IMG/VR virus record: IMGVR_UViG_3300030372_004604
Coordinates: 1-60,299 of that record
Direction: 5' to 3' (one strand)
Origin: a virus
Lineage: Duplodnaviria; Caudoviricetes
Length of the DNA stretch: 60,299 nucleotides
In this document: positions 9,737 through 21,223 of the stretch, in pieces
Layout of the letters: each line of letters opens with the position of its first letter
Numbering within the stretch: the first letter of the stretch is position 1
Notes under the pieces: model-generated
Told to the model about the DNA's origin: nothing
The model's input: the letters and a program-made list of their open reading frames with translations, nothing else
Databases searched by the model: none
Program-made: the position numbers and the translations under genes

Positions 9737-11176
9737 ATGCGTTACAAATTTAAATACAAACCATATAAGCATCAGCTAGATGCTTTAGAAAAGTCGTGGG
9801 ATAAAACCTTTTTTGCTCTGTTTATGGACATGGGTACAGGCAAATCTAAAGTATTAATAGATACGATTTCTATGCTTTACGATAAAGGTAAAATAGATTC
9901 TGCTCTGATTATCGCACCCAAAGGTGTGTACCGTAACTGGGAAAGAAAAGAACTGCCCACCCATTTACCCGATCATATACAGGCCAACATTGTTGTATGG
10001 TCGCCAGAAAAAACAAAAAAGAAACAAGCAGAGTTAGCTACGTTAAATGAACCGTCAGATAAACTGCAAATATTTTTAATGAATGTAGAAGCATTGTCCA
10101 GTAGCAGAGGGGTATGGTCTGCCTCACAATTTATACTGTGCCATAAAACAATGCTCGCTGTAGATGAAAGTACAACTATTAAATCTAAAACAGCGAACAG
10201 AACTAAAAGCCTTATAAAAATATCAAGAAACGCCCCTTACCGTAGGATACTTACAGGGTCACCTGTTACTAAATCACCGTTAGACCTATACACACAATGC
10301 GAGTTTTTAGAACATTATGTATTAGGGCATTCTTCGTTTTGGACATTCCAAAACCGTTATGCAAAATTGATACGCAAAACAATGGGAGCGCATTCATTTA
10401 ACCATATTGTAGGATACCAAAACCTAGAAGAGTTAAATGGTATAATAGAACCGTTTTCATTTAGAGTGCGTAAAGAAGATTGTTTAGACCTGCCTGACAA
10501 AGTGTATACAAAACGCAGTGTGGAACTCACTAAAGAACAACGTGTTCTGTACGATCAAATGAAACGCAATGCTGTATCCTTTATAGAAAACGAAGGCATT
10601 ATGTCTGCCTCTACAGTGCTAACTCAAATACTAAGGTTGCAACAAGTATGTTCTGGTTTTGCTAAACTGGAAGATGGGCGAATGATAAAAGTTCCCAACA
10701 ACAAGTTGCCTGAGTTACTATCTGTATTAGAGGAAACAGATGGTAAGGTAATCATTTGGGGTAACTTTACACATGACCTAGAACTGATACAGGAAGCCCT
10801 TATAAAAACATATGGGGCAGAAACAGTAGAGCTGTTCTATGGTAAAACTCCGGCAGAAGAACGGCAGTTAATTGTAGAGCGGTTCCAAGACCCTAACGAT
10901 CCATTGCGGTTTTTTGTGGGGCAACCCAGAACAGGGGGCTACGGACTTACTCTTACAGAAGCGCATACAGTTATATACTACAGCAACGGCTATGACCTTG
11001 AAATAAGGTTACAGAGCGAAGATAGAGCGCACCGTATAGGACAAACAAATAAAGTTACTTACATAGATATAACAGCAGAAAATACTGTAGACCAAAAGGT
11101 TATCCAAGCCCTGCGAAGCAAGATAGATATAAGTACAAAGGTACTAGCTGAAGGGTATAAAGAGTGGATAATTTAA
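9737..11176 (+). CDS. SNF2-family (SF2) helicase
   Basis: MDMGTGKS, VDESTTIK, LTGSP, GGYGLTLT, QSEDRAHRIGQ. Confidence 0.9.
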   Translation: MRYKFKYKPYKHQLDALEKSWDKTFFALFMDMGTGKSKVLIDTISMLYDKGKIDSALIIAPKGVYRNWERKELPTHLPDHIQANIVVWSPEKTKKKQAELATLNEPSDKLQIFLMNVEALSSSRGVWSASQFILCHKTMLAVDESTTIKSKTANRTKSLIKISRNAPYRRILTGSPVTKSPLDLYTQCEFLEHYVLGHSSFWTFQNRYAKLIRKTMGAHSFNHIVGYQNLEELNGIIEPFSFRVRKEDCLDLPDKVYTKRSVELTKEQRVLYDQMKRNAVSFIENEGIMSASTVLTQILRLQQVCSGFAKLEDGRMIKVPNNKLPELLSVLEETDGKVIIWGNFTHDLELIQEALIKTYGAETVELFYGKTPAEERQLIVERFQDPNDPLRFFVGQPRTGGYGLTLTEAHTVIYYSNGYDLEIRLQSEDRAHRIGQTNKVTYIDITAENTVDQKVIQALRSKIDISTKVLAEGYKEWII

Positions 11177-11835
11177 TACTTGGGGATAGCTCTGCTGTAA
11201 TTAAAACCTTTGCAGATGAGCAATTTGATACAGTGTTTACCTCACCCCCATACAATAGAAAAAGGAACGATAAGTATGAAGATTTTACTGATATTTCTGA
11301 CGATTATTTTAATTTTCTTGTGGAATCGATAAACCAGTGTTTACGAGTATGTAAGGGTAATGTTTATTACAACATACAAAAGAACTTTTATAATCGGGTA
11401 GAAATATACAAATTGTTTGGTCATTTTGCCGAACAAATAATAGAAACAATCGTTTGGAACAAAGCTAACCCAACTCCAGCAGGTGGTGATGCGGTTACTA
11501 ATTCTTACGAGTATATATTAGTATTGAGCAATAATAATACGGCATTAAAAGCAAACAATACATACACCAAAAATCATTTTTGTACGCCTGTGTATTCAGA
11601 AAACCCATACAAAAAACAACATAGGGCAGTCATGCACCCTAGAGCAGTAGAGTATATACTGCGATCTTTTTGTAAACCAAACGAAACTGTGCTTGACCCT
11701 TTTATGGGGACAGGAACAACAGGGGTTGTGTGTAAACAGTTTGGTATGACATTTACAGGTATTGAGTTAGTAGAAGAGTATTACAATATATCTAAACAAC
11801 AAATGAGTAGTTATACACAACCGTTCCTACTTTAA
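11164..11835 (+). CDS. DNA amino-methyltransferase (N4-C/N6-A, beta class)
   Basis: TSPPY catalytic motif precedes the DPFMGTGTT SAM-binding motif. Confidence 0.9.
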   Translation: MDNLILGDSSAVIKTFADEQFDTVFTSPPYNRKRNDKYEDFTDISDDYFNFLVESINQCLRVCKGNVYYNIQKNFYNRVEIYKLFGHFAEQIIETIVWNKANPTPAGGDAVTNSYEYILVLSNNNTALKANNTYTKNHFCTPVYSENPYKKQHRAVMHPRAVEYILRSFCKPNETVLDPFMGTGTTGVVCKQFGMTFTGIELVEEYYNISKQQMSSYTQPFLL

Positions 11836-14800
11836 CCCATTAACGAACCGATACCTTGTCCTTGCTTTTGTTGTCGTTCTTGTATGGCGGCAGACAAAGG
11901 ATCAAATGGAAACAACGACGAAACTTTTACTTGCCCCCCACCTGTAGATGCAGGGTTAGGAAGAGGAGCTACTTGTGTAAAATCCATTGATGGTGGTGGT
12001 GGAGCAGGAACATTTTGTGGTGTCGTTTCTATTGTTGCCCCACTGTTGGGCTCTACATCAAACCGTTGTTCAGGCAATGTAATAAGAGGACGACCTCTGT
12101 TCATTTCTTCTTTTATTTCCTCACCTGCTTCTACGCCTGACCCTACTAAATAGTTATTTACTTTACGCAATATCGGTCCTGGAATACGCCCTACTTCACC
12201 TTCTGGTAGCTCTGTTACAAGCATTTTAGCCAAACTTGGATCTTGAATAGCTTCGCGCATTAAAGCATCCATCCTTATTTGGTTTTGCGCTCCTATGGCT
12301 CTACTTGCTAAATAGATAAACGCTGTTCTAGGAGAAATCCTGTTTTCTTTAACAGCAAGCACCCTTGTAGAAACAGCCGCAGGTGATGTGCCGAGAGCAT
12401 TGGCTAACCGTTCTATGATTCCTGACCTACTTAACCCCTTCATTTCTAAAATAGGTATTGTAGATATTCTTTCTGAAGCATCGGCTAACAAATAAATATC
12501 TTTCATATGTGATTCAGTAAACCCTGCATCTTTTAATACTTGAGTGTTTTTATCTTTTTGTAACCATTCTTTGAACTTAGCAGGGTCACCCATAATTCCT
12601 TGCTCTTCATCTAACTTTTCAAAAATAGTTCTTCTAAAAACATTTTCTGCATCTGTTTTGCCCATTGCTTTTGCTTCTTCAGAAGCAAGGAAATCGTTTC
12701 TAACTCTTAACATAGTATTTTGAGCATTTCTGCCTTTACCTTCTCTAGTAGGCTTATTAATTAATCTACTCAAAAAATCTTGTTCAGGATCTTGTAACCC
12801 TCGTTGCTCTTGGCTTTTGAAAAACCTACCCAACAAACTTTTTTCAATTTTTTCTTTTCGGTCAGTAGCTGCTTTTCTGCGTTGTAAAGATTTGTTTAAC
12901 GCTTTTTGTGTCACCTTCATTTCATCTAAGAAAGAACCGCCCCCTTGTCCAGGAAGAATTTCTAATCGATCCCTATTGTTTTTCATCCAGAGGTTTAACT
13001 TATCTGCATCCCAAACACCTTTATTTTTCAAATATGCAGATTCATACATATTGTCTAACAAAACAGCCTTTATTTCATCTACCTCTGTAGATTCACGCTT
13101 TACTGTGTTCACAAAAGCTTCTAATACTTCTGGGTCTTTGTTTATGAGAGTTTTAGCCGCATTTTCACTTTGCGTTAAATAACCTTTGCCTCCATCTTTA
13201 GCTGTAATTTGTGTTATTAAAGATTTTTCAAACGGGTCATATAAATCTCTTTTAAGAATACCTAAAAATTCCACATAGTTTTTACCTACTTTTTCAAAAG
13301 CTCCTACAGCCCAATCATCAAATAATGTTCTAAGCCTACCTAAAGGTATTTGTTGACCACTTCCTTGTTTAATTGCTTTATTTATTTCATTGCTTACGGC
13401 TTTTCTTGCATTGAGATAATCATCAAATGAAAATGTTTTACTAGAATCCCACCTAACTAACTTTTGTATAGGTTGTGGTAACTCGTCAAAAGTATATGCT
13501 TCTTCCCCTTGTCTTGGTACTAACTCTTCGTTTACTCTTTTTTGCAAACGTAAAACATCTTCGGTTGATGCGTTAGCCTCAGCTACTCTTTGTATTGTTT
13601 CTGTCTTAAAACCTTTACCTGATTCTGTTTCTTCTTTACTTAGTTTTTGTCTTCGGCTTGTTTCTACAATACCTAATTCTATTTTTTTCTTTTCTATTTC
13701 TTTTTCAGCTTGCCTTTTTCTAGCTTCTAAACTTTTTTGGAACGCTAACCCTTTTTCTCTTTTTTCAGTGTCATCCCGTGTTCTAACAAGGCTCTCTTGT
13801 TCTATGTCTTCTGCACCTATTTTATCTATTTCTTTTTGTGCTTTTAAATTAACAGACCCTTCAGCTGTTTGTAAAATTAAAGGGGCATCTGTAGCAACAT
13901 CTCCTGAACCTGAATCGATACCTATTGTTTCTTTATATTTAGTGATTCCTGACACCATGTCTTCTAACATTCTGTTCAACATAGGGATCTGTTTGTTGGG
14001 AGCTCCTGCTATTGCATCTTGAAAAGTTGCTATTAACGATTCATTATTATATACCTGTGCGATAGGAAGATTTGCTAACTCAGGTATCACAGCTCGCATT
14101 TCTTCAAACCTAGCTAACGCTGCCGCTGAGTCTTCTGGGGTAAGGTTTAATTGTTCTTGAATCATTTTTTGGGCTTTATTTAAAGCAAGTTGCCCTTCTC
14201 TTCCTTCAGTAGCTCCTCTTGTTCCTAGGGCAACATCTTTGAGATCACCACCTTGAAAAAACTTTTTAGTCCATCGTACAGCAGTAGCTGAAGGCATATA
14301 TTGAACAATTTGAGGAATGAATGCAGGAGAAACAACAGCTAACATCCCTGCGGTGGGACTATCTGTTGCTCCTTCAACGCCTCCTGCAAAAGCACTAACT
14401 CCTGTTTCTAACCCTGCTGTTGTTACAGGTTTCTGAGCCGCAAATTTCAACATGTCGTCTCCAATATTAGCCATCACACCACCCTCTATAGGGGCAACTT
14501 TAGTGCCATATATGTTAGACATTGTTTTAGTTGCCAGTGGGTCACTGGCAAAAGCTAGTTTGGGTGATTGCTCAGCTGCTTGCACACCATAAAGTGGATT
14601 TACTGCTCCTGTAGCTGTTAGCCCTTTAGCAGCTTGACCTGCTAAATAACTGGTTGCTCCTGTAAGAGGAACACCTTCTCCCATAAATTTACCTGCTCCG
14701 TAAGCCGCTTGTTTTAATAAACCTTGTTCATCTGTAACCCCTATGTCTTCTCCTTTTCCATATTGAATAGGAATACCTAATACATTAGCCATCGTTTCTT

Positions 14801-15188
14801 GAGTTTCAAAATCACCACTTGCAAATACTCTTGAAAACATATTTTTGTCTGGTTTAATATTCGCTAAATCTTCTCCACCTATCCCTGTTGTTTTTGCAAT
14901 ATTTCTTAAAAGAATAGCTGCGTTATAAAGAATAGGGTCTGCTACAATAAGTCCTAACCCTCTGTTAAACCCTGCTACAGCCGTTTCAAGTATATTATCT
15001 CCACCAACTCCACCACCTAACCCTGTGAACCTAGCAGGTTGTGACTGACCTTCAAACTCTAACTCTGCTCCCTCTACAGCATCTGGTATTAAAGAAGCAT
15101 CTGCACCCATTTCCTGTAACTCTACTACACCAATAGGTTTTTGAGGTGCTGCTTCAGTTAGGTTTTTATTAAGTTCATAAATATCCAT
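11832..15188 (-). CDS. Large internal virion / DNA ejection protein
   Basis: 1118 aa, helical, last gene of the structural operon (positional inference). Confidence 0.5.
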   Translation of the reverse strand: MDIYELNKNLTEAAPQKPIGVVELQEMGADASLIPDAVEGAELEFEGQSQPARFTGLGGGVGGDNILETAVAGFNRGLGLIVADPILYNAAILLRNIAKTTGIGGEDLANIKPDKNMFSRVFASGDFETQETMANVLGIPIQYGKGEDIGVTDEQGLLKQAAYGAGKFMGEGVPLTGATSYLAGQAAKGLTATGAVNPLYGVQAAEQSPKLAFASDPLATKTMSNIYGTKVAPIEGGVMANIGDDMLKFAAQKPVTTAGLETGVSAFAGGVEGATDSPTAGMLAVVSPAFIPQIVQYMPSATAVRWTKKFFQGGDLKDVALGTRGATEGREGQLALNKAQKMIQEQLNLTPEDSAAALARFEEMRAVIPELANLPIAQVYNNESLIATFQDAIAGAPNKQIPMLNRMLEDMVSGITKYKETIGIDSGSGDVATDAPLILQTAEGSVNLKAQKEIDKIGAEDIEQESLVRTRDDTEKREKGLAFQKSLEARKRQAEKEIEKKKIELGIVETSRRQKLSKEETESGKGFKTETIQRVAEANASTEDVLRLQKRVNEELVPRQGEEAYTFDELPQPIQKLVRWDSSKTFSFDDYLNARKAVSNEINKAIKQGSGQQIPLGRLRTLFDDWAVGAFEKVGKNYVEFLGILKRDLYDPFEKSLITQITAKDGGKGYLTQSENAAKTLINKDPEVLEAFVNTVKRESTEVDEIKAVLLDNMYESAYLKNKGVWDADKLNLWMKNNRDRLEILPGQGGGSFLDEMKVTQKALNKSLQRRKAATDRKEKIEKSLLGRFFKSQEQRGLQDPEQDFLSRLINKPTREGKGRNAQNTMLRVRNDFLASEEAKAMGKTDAENVFRRTIFEKLDEEQGIMGDPAKFKEWLQKDKNTQVLKDAGFTESHMKDIYLLADASERISTIPILEMKGLSRSGIIERLANALGTSPAAVSTRVLAVKENRISPRTAFIYLASRAIGAQNQIRMDALMREAIQDPSLAKMLVTELPEGEVGRIPGPILRKVNNYLVGSGVEAGEEIKEEMNRGRPLITLPEQRFDVEPNSGATIETTPQNVPAPPPPSMDFTQVAPLPNPASTGGGQVKVSSLFPFDPLSAAIQERQQKQGQGIGSLMG

Positions 15189-15190
15189 AA

Positions 15191-17965
15191 TTAATTTCCT
15201 CCTTTCCTTGCCTCTGAAAGGGTCTTAACACTTGTATCAGCACCAATAGATGTATTCCCCTCTTGGTTTCTAATAGTTTTTAACTTAACAGTGATAAGAC
15301 TATCGTAATTACCTTCTTTTGTTTCCCACACTTTCGGTGGAAGACCAAGTGCTCTAGCTTGGCTTCTAGACATTTTCATAAATAATCCTTTTAACGGCCT
15401 ACCGGAAGAAGCAATTCTAAATGCTGTTATCAAATCAGGGCTAATAGTTTCACCTTCTTTAGTTTTGATTGTAGCAGTGGCATCCAACGGATCACCTTTG
15501 TTGCCCATTGGTTGCGATCTTACCGTAACATAAGGGTTGTTTTTTCTATCTAAAACATGAGCAGCGTTTAAATAATCTCTTTGAACAGCATGATAAAAAG
15601 TTTGCAGTTTTTTCATGACGATTATAGGATCAGTAGTAAATCCTCCTGCATCATCAACCAAACCATTCAATTGTTCCATTTCTGTAACAGGGTATCGTTT
15701 AGACAAAGCAAGAGCTTGTTTAATATTTCTTGCTAATTGTTCTCTCATTTGTCGAGCTTCCGCTCCTTTAGGGTTCCTTAACGCACTGGCAATAGCTTCA
15801 GGCATTAACCCTGCAACATTTTCAGAAAGGAATTGTTGTGTACCTCCTGAAATACCAAATGTTTCAAAAAAACCAGAGTTATTAAGCTCTTTTAAATTAG
15901 CTAATAGTTCACCAGTGGCTTTGAGAGTTTGTTGATAATCTGCTTTTTGGTCTTTGTCAAGAACATAGCCACCCTCAACATATCCACCTTTGCCATCAGG
16001 AATCATTTGTATTTCAAACCCTAATGGAGGTCTATCAATTTGTGTGGTGTTAGGGTTACCTAACACCATTTTTTGGCCGATAGAACCACTTAAATCCGTA
16101 CCATATTTTTTAGATAATGCTTCTTGGTTTTCTGCAGTTATTTGTCCAGAAAAAGCAGGACCATTTTTGCCAGTAGCTGCTCCCATTATATCAAGTTTTC
16201 CTACAATAGGATTAAATACTTTTATGGGTTTGCCCTGTGAGTCTTTAAAAGTTATAACACCACTTTTATCTGTTTCTACTTGAGTTTTCGGGTCTTTCAC
16301 AGTGAAAAATGTTCCTGGCTCTAACGCTTTGTACCGACCTCCACCTAAATCGACATACGTTTGTAATCCTAAGTTGAGTGCTTCTGTAGAAACAAAAGGA
16401 GCACTATCACCATTAGGGTCATAGTTAGGGTTACGAACCATTGCATAAGTTCGCTTACCTTTATCAATTATTTGTTTTTGTATACCAGACAAGTTACCCG
16501 TATTTAACAAATCATCAAGATCACCTTTTTTTACTTTTGTCCAATCTTTTGGAGGAACACCTTTAACAAAACCTTTATCGATATCCATGTAAAATGGATC
16601 AGCTCCTGGATAAAACATTATTGTTTCAGTTTTCCCTGTTTTTGGGTTTACTCTTCCGTAAACTTCGCTATACCGACCAAGGGTAGCTTTATTCTGTAAT
16701 TGTTGAGTGTAGTTTATAGTAACTGCTTTATTTTTAAGAGCTTGATCTGCAATAGCTTCAGATATTCCTTTAGATGCTAACTGTGTTGTTATATCATTTT
16801 CAGCTTTTCTATAATCTTTTTCATTAGCCATTGTTTCGTCTAGAGCACTTACCGCGAGACTTGCGTTAAATTGCCTTAATTTTTCTTCTTGCTCTAGAGA
16901 TGAATCAAAAGCCGCGCCTTTTGCTTTAAACTCTCTTTCAGTTTTAGCTGATGCAATTTTACTTAGATTCGCAGCTAAAGGCCCTGCGGCTTTAGTCAAT
17001 CCTTGTAACAAAGATCCAGGACTAGACGCCAGTTCTGACCCTGCTTGTGCTAATGCTAAGTACCCTTGTATTTCAGAAGAATCTGCACCTGTATCCCCCA
17101 TAAACTCTTTACGCCTAGCAAGAAGTTCTTCTGCGGTTTCTGCTTTAGGTGCAAATTGTGATAATAATTTTTGACGATTTGCAAGAGCAACTGCAGGATC
17201 AGTTTCTCCTTTTTTAAGAGAAATATCTTTTTGAAGATCTTGAAACAACTTCATCTTATCTTGTAATGCTTTAAAATCTATTGATTCATAAACAGGGGGA
17301 GCAAGCTGACTAGGCATATACGGAAGAAGTCCTGCTTTGTTATTTGGCTGAGGTACGTTACCCCCCATAACAGTTTGAGCATTGTTCATAGAATTAATAG
17401 AAGGAAACCTTGTTCCATATTGAGTAGGAGGGTTCCCCATAAAATTCATATCACCTGCATAAAACCCATTAGCCGCTTTCACTGGCATTTCCCCACGAGA
17501 CATCGCTAGGACAGCCTCTGCCTGATCAGAAGGTTCTGTGGCAGAGGGCTGACTAAAATTTCCCTCGGATCCTTCCACACCCCCCATCGGGGCTTCTGCA
17601 ATACCACCATCAGGAACAGTTTCTAATGTTTGGAATACAGGTTGCAATACTGTTAAAACTGACTCAGGTGTTTTCTTTGCATCAGCAGGGCCAACTAACT
17701 CAGCCAACTCACTATATCGCTCTGACAATGGTAAGTCGTTCCCTCGCATTGCATTAATAACATCTTCTATATCTTCCGCGCTATCTAAACCACGATACAC
17801 TTGTTCCATTTGCCCTGCCATTTGTTGCATCATTTGCATCCCTTCAGGTGCAGGGGCAGGGGCAGGGGCAGGAGCTTGAGGCATCATACCTGAAGCAATA
17901 CCTGAATTTTCAGAAGCAGGGGTCATTGGTTGCATCATATTCTGAGGCATCATTTTATCTATCAT
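15191..17965 (-). CDS. Putative internal virion protein
   Basis: 924 aa, low-complexity M/Q/P N-terminus; position in operon. Confidence 0.5.
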   Translation of the reverse strand: MIDKMMPQNMMQPMTPASENSGIASGMMPQAPAPAPAPAPEGMQMMQQMAGQMEQVYRGLDSAEDIEDVINAMRGNDLPLSERYSELAELVGPADAKKTPESVLTVLQPVFQTLETVPDGGIAEAPMGGVEGSEGNFSQPSATEPSDQAEAVLAMSRGEMPVKAANGFYAGDMNFMGNPPTQYGTRFPSINSMNNAQTVMGGNVPQPNNKAGLLPYMPSQLAPPVYESIDFKALQDKMKLFQDLQKDISLKKGETDPAVALANRQKLLSQFAPKAETAEELLARRKEFMGDTGADSSEIQGYLALAQAGSELASSPGSLLQGLTKAAGPLAANLSKIASAKTEREFKAKGAAFDSSLEQEEKLRQFNASLAVSALDETMANEKDYRKAENDITTQLASKGISEAIADQALKNKAVTINYTQQLQNKATLGRYSEVYGRVNPKTGKTETIMFYPGADPFYMDIDKGFVKGVPPKDWTKVKKGDLDDLLNTGNLSGIQKQIIDKGKRTYAMVRNPNYDPNGDSAPFVSTEALNLGLQTYVDLGGGRYKALEPGTFFTVKDPKTQVETDKSGVITFKDSQGKPIKVFNPIVGKLDIMGAATGKNGPAFSGQITAENQEALSKKYGTDLSGSIGQKMVLGNPNTTQIDRPPLGFEIQMIPDGKGGYVEGGYVLDKDQKADYQQTLKATGELLANLKELNNSGFFETFGISGGTQQFLSENVAGLMPEAIASALRNPKGAEARQMREQLARNIKQALALSKRYPVTEMEQLNGLVDDAGGFTTDPIIVMKKLQTFYHAVQRDYLNAAHVLDRKNNPYVTVRSQPMGNKGDPLDATATIKTKEGETISPDLITAFRIASSGRPLKGLFMKMSRSQARALGLPPKVWETKEGNYDSLITVKLKTIRNQEGNTSIGADTSVKTLSEARKGGN

Positions 17966-19587
17966 TATACTCCTCCATAACCAGATCCGTCTCCACCTAG
18001 CCCCACACCACCAAAAGCACCTAACCCTTGGCCTCCAGCTAATCCAGGATATCCTGGAGAATTAAACTGCAACTGATCCATAGCCTGTAACTGTTCTCTC
18101 GAAGGTGGGGCATTTCCTATTGCTCCCCCTCCAAAATCCATTGGAGAAGGTACACTTCTGTCTTTAGGAGTGCCTGTTGCATCACTTGTATCATATGGGT
18201 TTTTCATAATGTTTCCTGTATACATTTGGTATATTTGGTTTGCTATCCCTAAAGGATTAACAGTAGGTACAGCCGCTATTTGTTGTAACATATTAGGAAC
18301 ATCTGCCATAAAAGCACCAAAACTATCATACCCTGTACCAGTAGGGCCTCCATCTCCTATAGCGGAGGCACCACCTGTACCATCTGCTCCTATAGAAGAA
18401 CGGCCTTGATTAACTGCATTCATAATACCTGTTAGCTCCTGCCCTGCTAAACTCAAAGGTGTCCCCCCTATAGTATCATACATCACAGCTTGCCCATACT
18501 GTTGAGTTCCACGTTGCCCAGAAACATCAGGAGGTTCTATACCTAATTGTGCATAGGCCCTTAACAATTCAGGTTGTCCTCCTGCACCTTGAAATAAAGA
18601 TTCGTTTCTTAAACCACGCTTTTGGAACAACCCTTTTAAAACAGGGTTCATATCTCTTGCAACCATATCTTCATCGCTTTGTCCTGGACTATTACCAGTT
18701 ACTATACGTTGACGCAAACTAGGGCTGATCTTAGTAAGTAAGTTATCTATTTGTCGTGTTGTTTGTTGGCTGTAAGGGTCGTAAAAACCACCTTGTGGGT
18801 TTGTTCCAAAAAACGCTGTTCCTTCCATGTTTTCTGGGTCGTCAAAAACATTTCTTGTACCTTGCAACAATTGAGCAATAGCTAACATGCGTTCATTTAC
18901 AGGGTTTGCAAAGATACCTTGGTTAGTGGCAATCTGTTCTTGTGACATTAAAGAAGCACCATCATCACCATACCCTGCTATACTTCGGCCTTCGTTTTTG
19001 CCATAGGTATTCCAATGTTCTCTAGCAACATTTTCTACTATTCTTTGAAAACTTTTTCCAGGAGGCACTCCTTGACCTTGTGCAACACGAACAGCATGGT
19101 TTAAAACATCTGCGTTTGCTTGCAAATATCCTTGGACAACAGGGCTTGTTTCATAAACTTCACCACCTTCTGCGAAATTTGGTCCTCCTGCTTCAATTTC
19201 ATCAATAGGAACAAGACTTACTAACCCTTCCGCAGGAGGTGTGAGAGATGTTGCTGGTGGACTAGCCACTGCATCGCGTTCGTCTTCTAACTCTTTTTTA
19301 CGCTCTGGGCTTAAACCAAACGTATCACCTAACCTTGGCTCTAACAAACCACCAAGGAATGTTCGCCCACCATACTCTCTGCCTTCACCTTGCCCATGGA
19401 AAGCATAATGTAAAGCAGCATCACGTTCAATTTGCCCTTGCATATTTTGCCCTGAAAGCCCTCTTGCCCTTGCATTTGCAACAGAAGCATTAAACACATC
19501 AGGGTTTTGTGCCATGTATCGCAAGGCAGGAGGTATATATACCGAACCACCGTTAGCGAACATTGGTCTGTTTAAAGGGTTGTTCAT
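17965..19587 (-). CDS. Putative internal virion protein with two Y..NxDV...H..xGxxEGR repeats
   Basis: Internal duplication visible in the translation; Gly-rich C-terminus. Confidence 0.5.
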   Translation of the reverse strand: MNNPLNRPMFANGGSVYIPPALRYMAQNPDVFNASVANARARGLSGQNMQGQIERDAALHYAFHGQGEGREYGGRTFLGGLLEPRLGDTFGLSPERKKELEDERDAVASPPATSLTPPAEGLVSLVPIDEIEAGGPNFAEGGEVYETSPVVQGYLQANADVLNHAVRVAQGQGVPPGKSFQRIVENVAREHWNTYGKNEGRSIAGYGDDGASLMSQEQIATNQGIFANPVNERMLAIAQLLQGTRNVFDDPENMEGTAFFGTNPQGGFYDPYSQQTTRQIDNLLTKISPSLRQRIVTGNSPGQSDEDMVARDMNPVLKGLFQKRGLRNESLFQGAGGQPELLRAYAQLGIEPPDVSGQRGTQQYGQAVMYDTIGGTPLSLAGQELTGIMNAVNQGRSSIGADGTGGASAIGDGGPTGTGYDSFGAFMADVPNMLQQIAAVPTVNPLGIANQIYQMYTGNIMKNPYDTSDATGTPKDRSVPSPMDFGGGAIGNAPPSREQLQAMDQLQFNSPGYPGLAGGQGLGAFGGVGLGGDGSGYGGV

Positions 19588-19595
19588 AAACGCTC

Positions 19596-21221
19596 CTAAA
19601 ATATTTTGCTTGCTGCACCTGCGATACCTAACCCACTTGCCGCACCACCGACAACTTGGTTAAGTAAAGAAGGATTAGGGGAAGAAGCTTGAGATATACT
19701 CATCTGTGTAGTAGGTGCGCCTCGTAATATATCACTGTAAAAACCTAATCGTTGGTACGGCTCGTATACTTCGGCTAATTGGTCTTGTTGTTGGGCATCT
19801 AATTGTGCTTGATCTGTTTGGAACCGTTGTCCACCTAACTGGTTTATCATATCTATATCTTGCCTTTGTAACCCAGATTGCAACTCAGCCATAGCAGCAC
19901 GTTGCGCGGCTTGCGCTCCTATATCATTAGCAACACTTTGTAACCCCTGCGCTCCCTGTAAACCAAGTTGCGCTCCTTGCAAGCCAACATTTGCTCGTAA
20001 CTCAGCTTCACTTAAACCTAACCTAGCTGCCTCACTAGCAAGTGAGCCTTGTTGCGCTGCTTCTCGCAATGCTAATTCTTCTGCACTTAACCCTAACTGT
20101 CCTCCTCTAAGAGCAAGATCTGCGGCTGCTTGTGATGCACTTAACCCTAACTGCCCAGAACCCAATGCTCCCTGTTGCGCTAACTGTTCTGCACTTAATT
20201 GTGTTCCTGCTCCTGCTTGCCCTAACTGTCCTGTTAACTGTGCTAAGTTTTGTTGTCTACCTTGCCCTGCTTCAAATGCTTGTTGCGCTTGTCCTAGAGC
20301 TTGCCCATAACCTTGTTGCCTGAGTTGTGCAGCAATCCTTGCTTGGGCATCTAACAAGTTCCTACCGCGTTCTGCTTGTACAATACCTGCTCGAGAACCA
20401 CCAAATGCTCCTGCCTGTGCTGCTTGTGCATCTTCTTGCAACGCCGCAATATCACTTGCCCTTTGTAAATCAGCTAAACTTCTATCTACAACATTTGTTT
20501 CGTATGGGTTAAAAAACTTAGAAACTGTTGCACTAGGGTCAAAAACCCCACCTATACCTTCAGCAGTTGGGCTAAAACCTGTTCCTGCTAATGCGGCTAT
20601 TGCGTCTGCTGCTCTATCTTTACCATATTTTCCTGCTTCACGAGCTTTTTTAACAGCCTCTACTTGAGCTAACCTTGCTCGCTCTGCATCAGCAGTATTA
20701 GCACGAGTGATTCCTTGGTCTATACCTATCCGTTGTGCATCTATTGCACTTAAAGCACCTGTTCCAGCTTGTTCTGGAAGACCAAATATGTTTTCACGAA
20801 CATTCCCTCTAGCGATATTTCCCAAACCAATAGCACCAAGTATTCCTGTTGCATCCGCTTCGCTTCCTATGCCCGATGTAATCCTATTAGCCATCGTATT
20901 TAATAGGGCAGTTCTATCTGCATCTGTGTAATCTGCAAGCGCATCATTATACGCTTGAGTTACTGTAGTTTTTAATCTATTTGCTGCTTCTTGGTTTCCT
21001 GCAAAAGCATCTGTTAAAAACGGAGCAAAAGAACCAATAGCGGAAGTAGCCATTGTCCTTGCTCGGTCTTGTAATGGGTCATACCCTGCGAACTGTGTTT
21101 GAGGTAACCCACCAACAGGAGCTGTTTCAGAAAGTCCTTTAGCAGCTCTTATTAAACCTAGTTTAAGGGCTTCTACCTCAGGGGCTTCCCTTTGGATAAT
21201 GGTTTGTTCTTCTACCGCCAT
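19596..21221 (-). CDS. Putative DNA pilot/ejection protein (Ala/Gln/Gly-rich)
   Basis: FFNPYE..VV, AGAFGGSR, QLG repeats, hydrophobic Gly-rich C-terminus. Confidence 0.6.
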   Translation of the reverse strand: MAVEEQTIIQREAPEVEALKLGLIRAAKGLSETAPVGGLPQTQFAGYDPLQDRARTMATSAIGSFAPFLTDAFAGNQEAANRLKTTVTQAYNDALADYTDADRTALLNTMANRITSGIGSEADATGILGAIGLGNIARGNVRENIFGLPEQAGTGALSAIDAQRIGIDQGITRANTADAERARLAQVEAVKKAREAGKYGKDRAADAIAALAGTGFSPTAEGIGGVFDPSATVSKFFNPYETNVVDRSLADLQRASDIAALQEDAQAAQAGAFGGSRAGIVQAERGRNLLDAQARIAAQLRQQGYGQALGQAQQAFEAGQGRQQNLAQLTGQLGQAGAGTQLSAEQLAQQGALGSGQLGLSASQAAADLALRGGQLGLSAEELALREAAQQGSLASEAARLGLSEAELRANVGLQGAQLGLQGAQGLQSVANDIGAQAAQRAAMAELQSGLQRQDIDMINQLGGQRFQTDQAQLDAQQQDQLAEVYEPYQRLGFYSDILRGAPTTQMSISQASSPNPSLLNQVVGGAASGLGIAGAASKIF

Positions 21222-21223
21222 GA

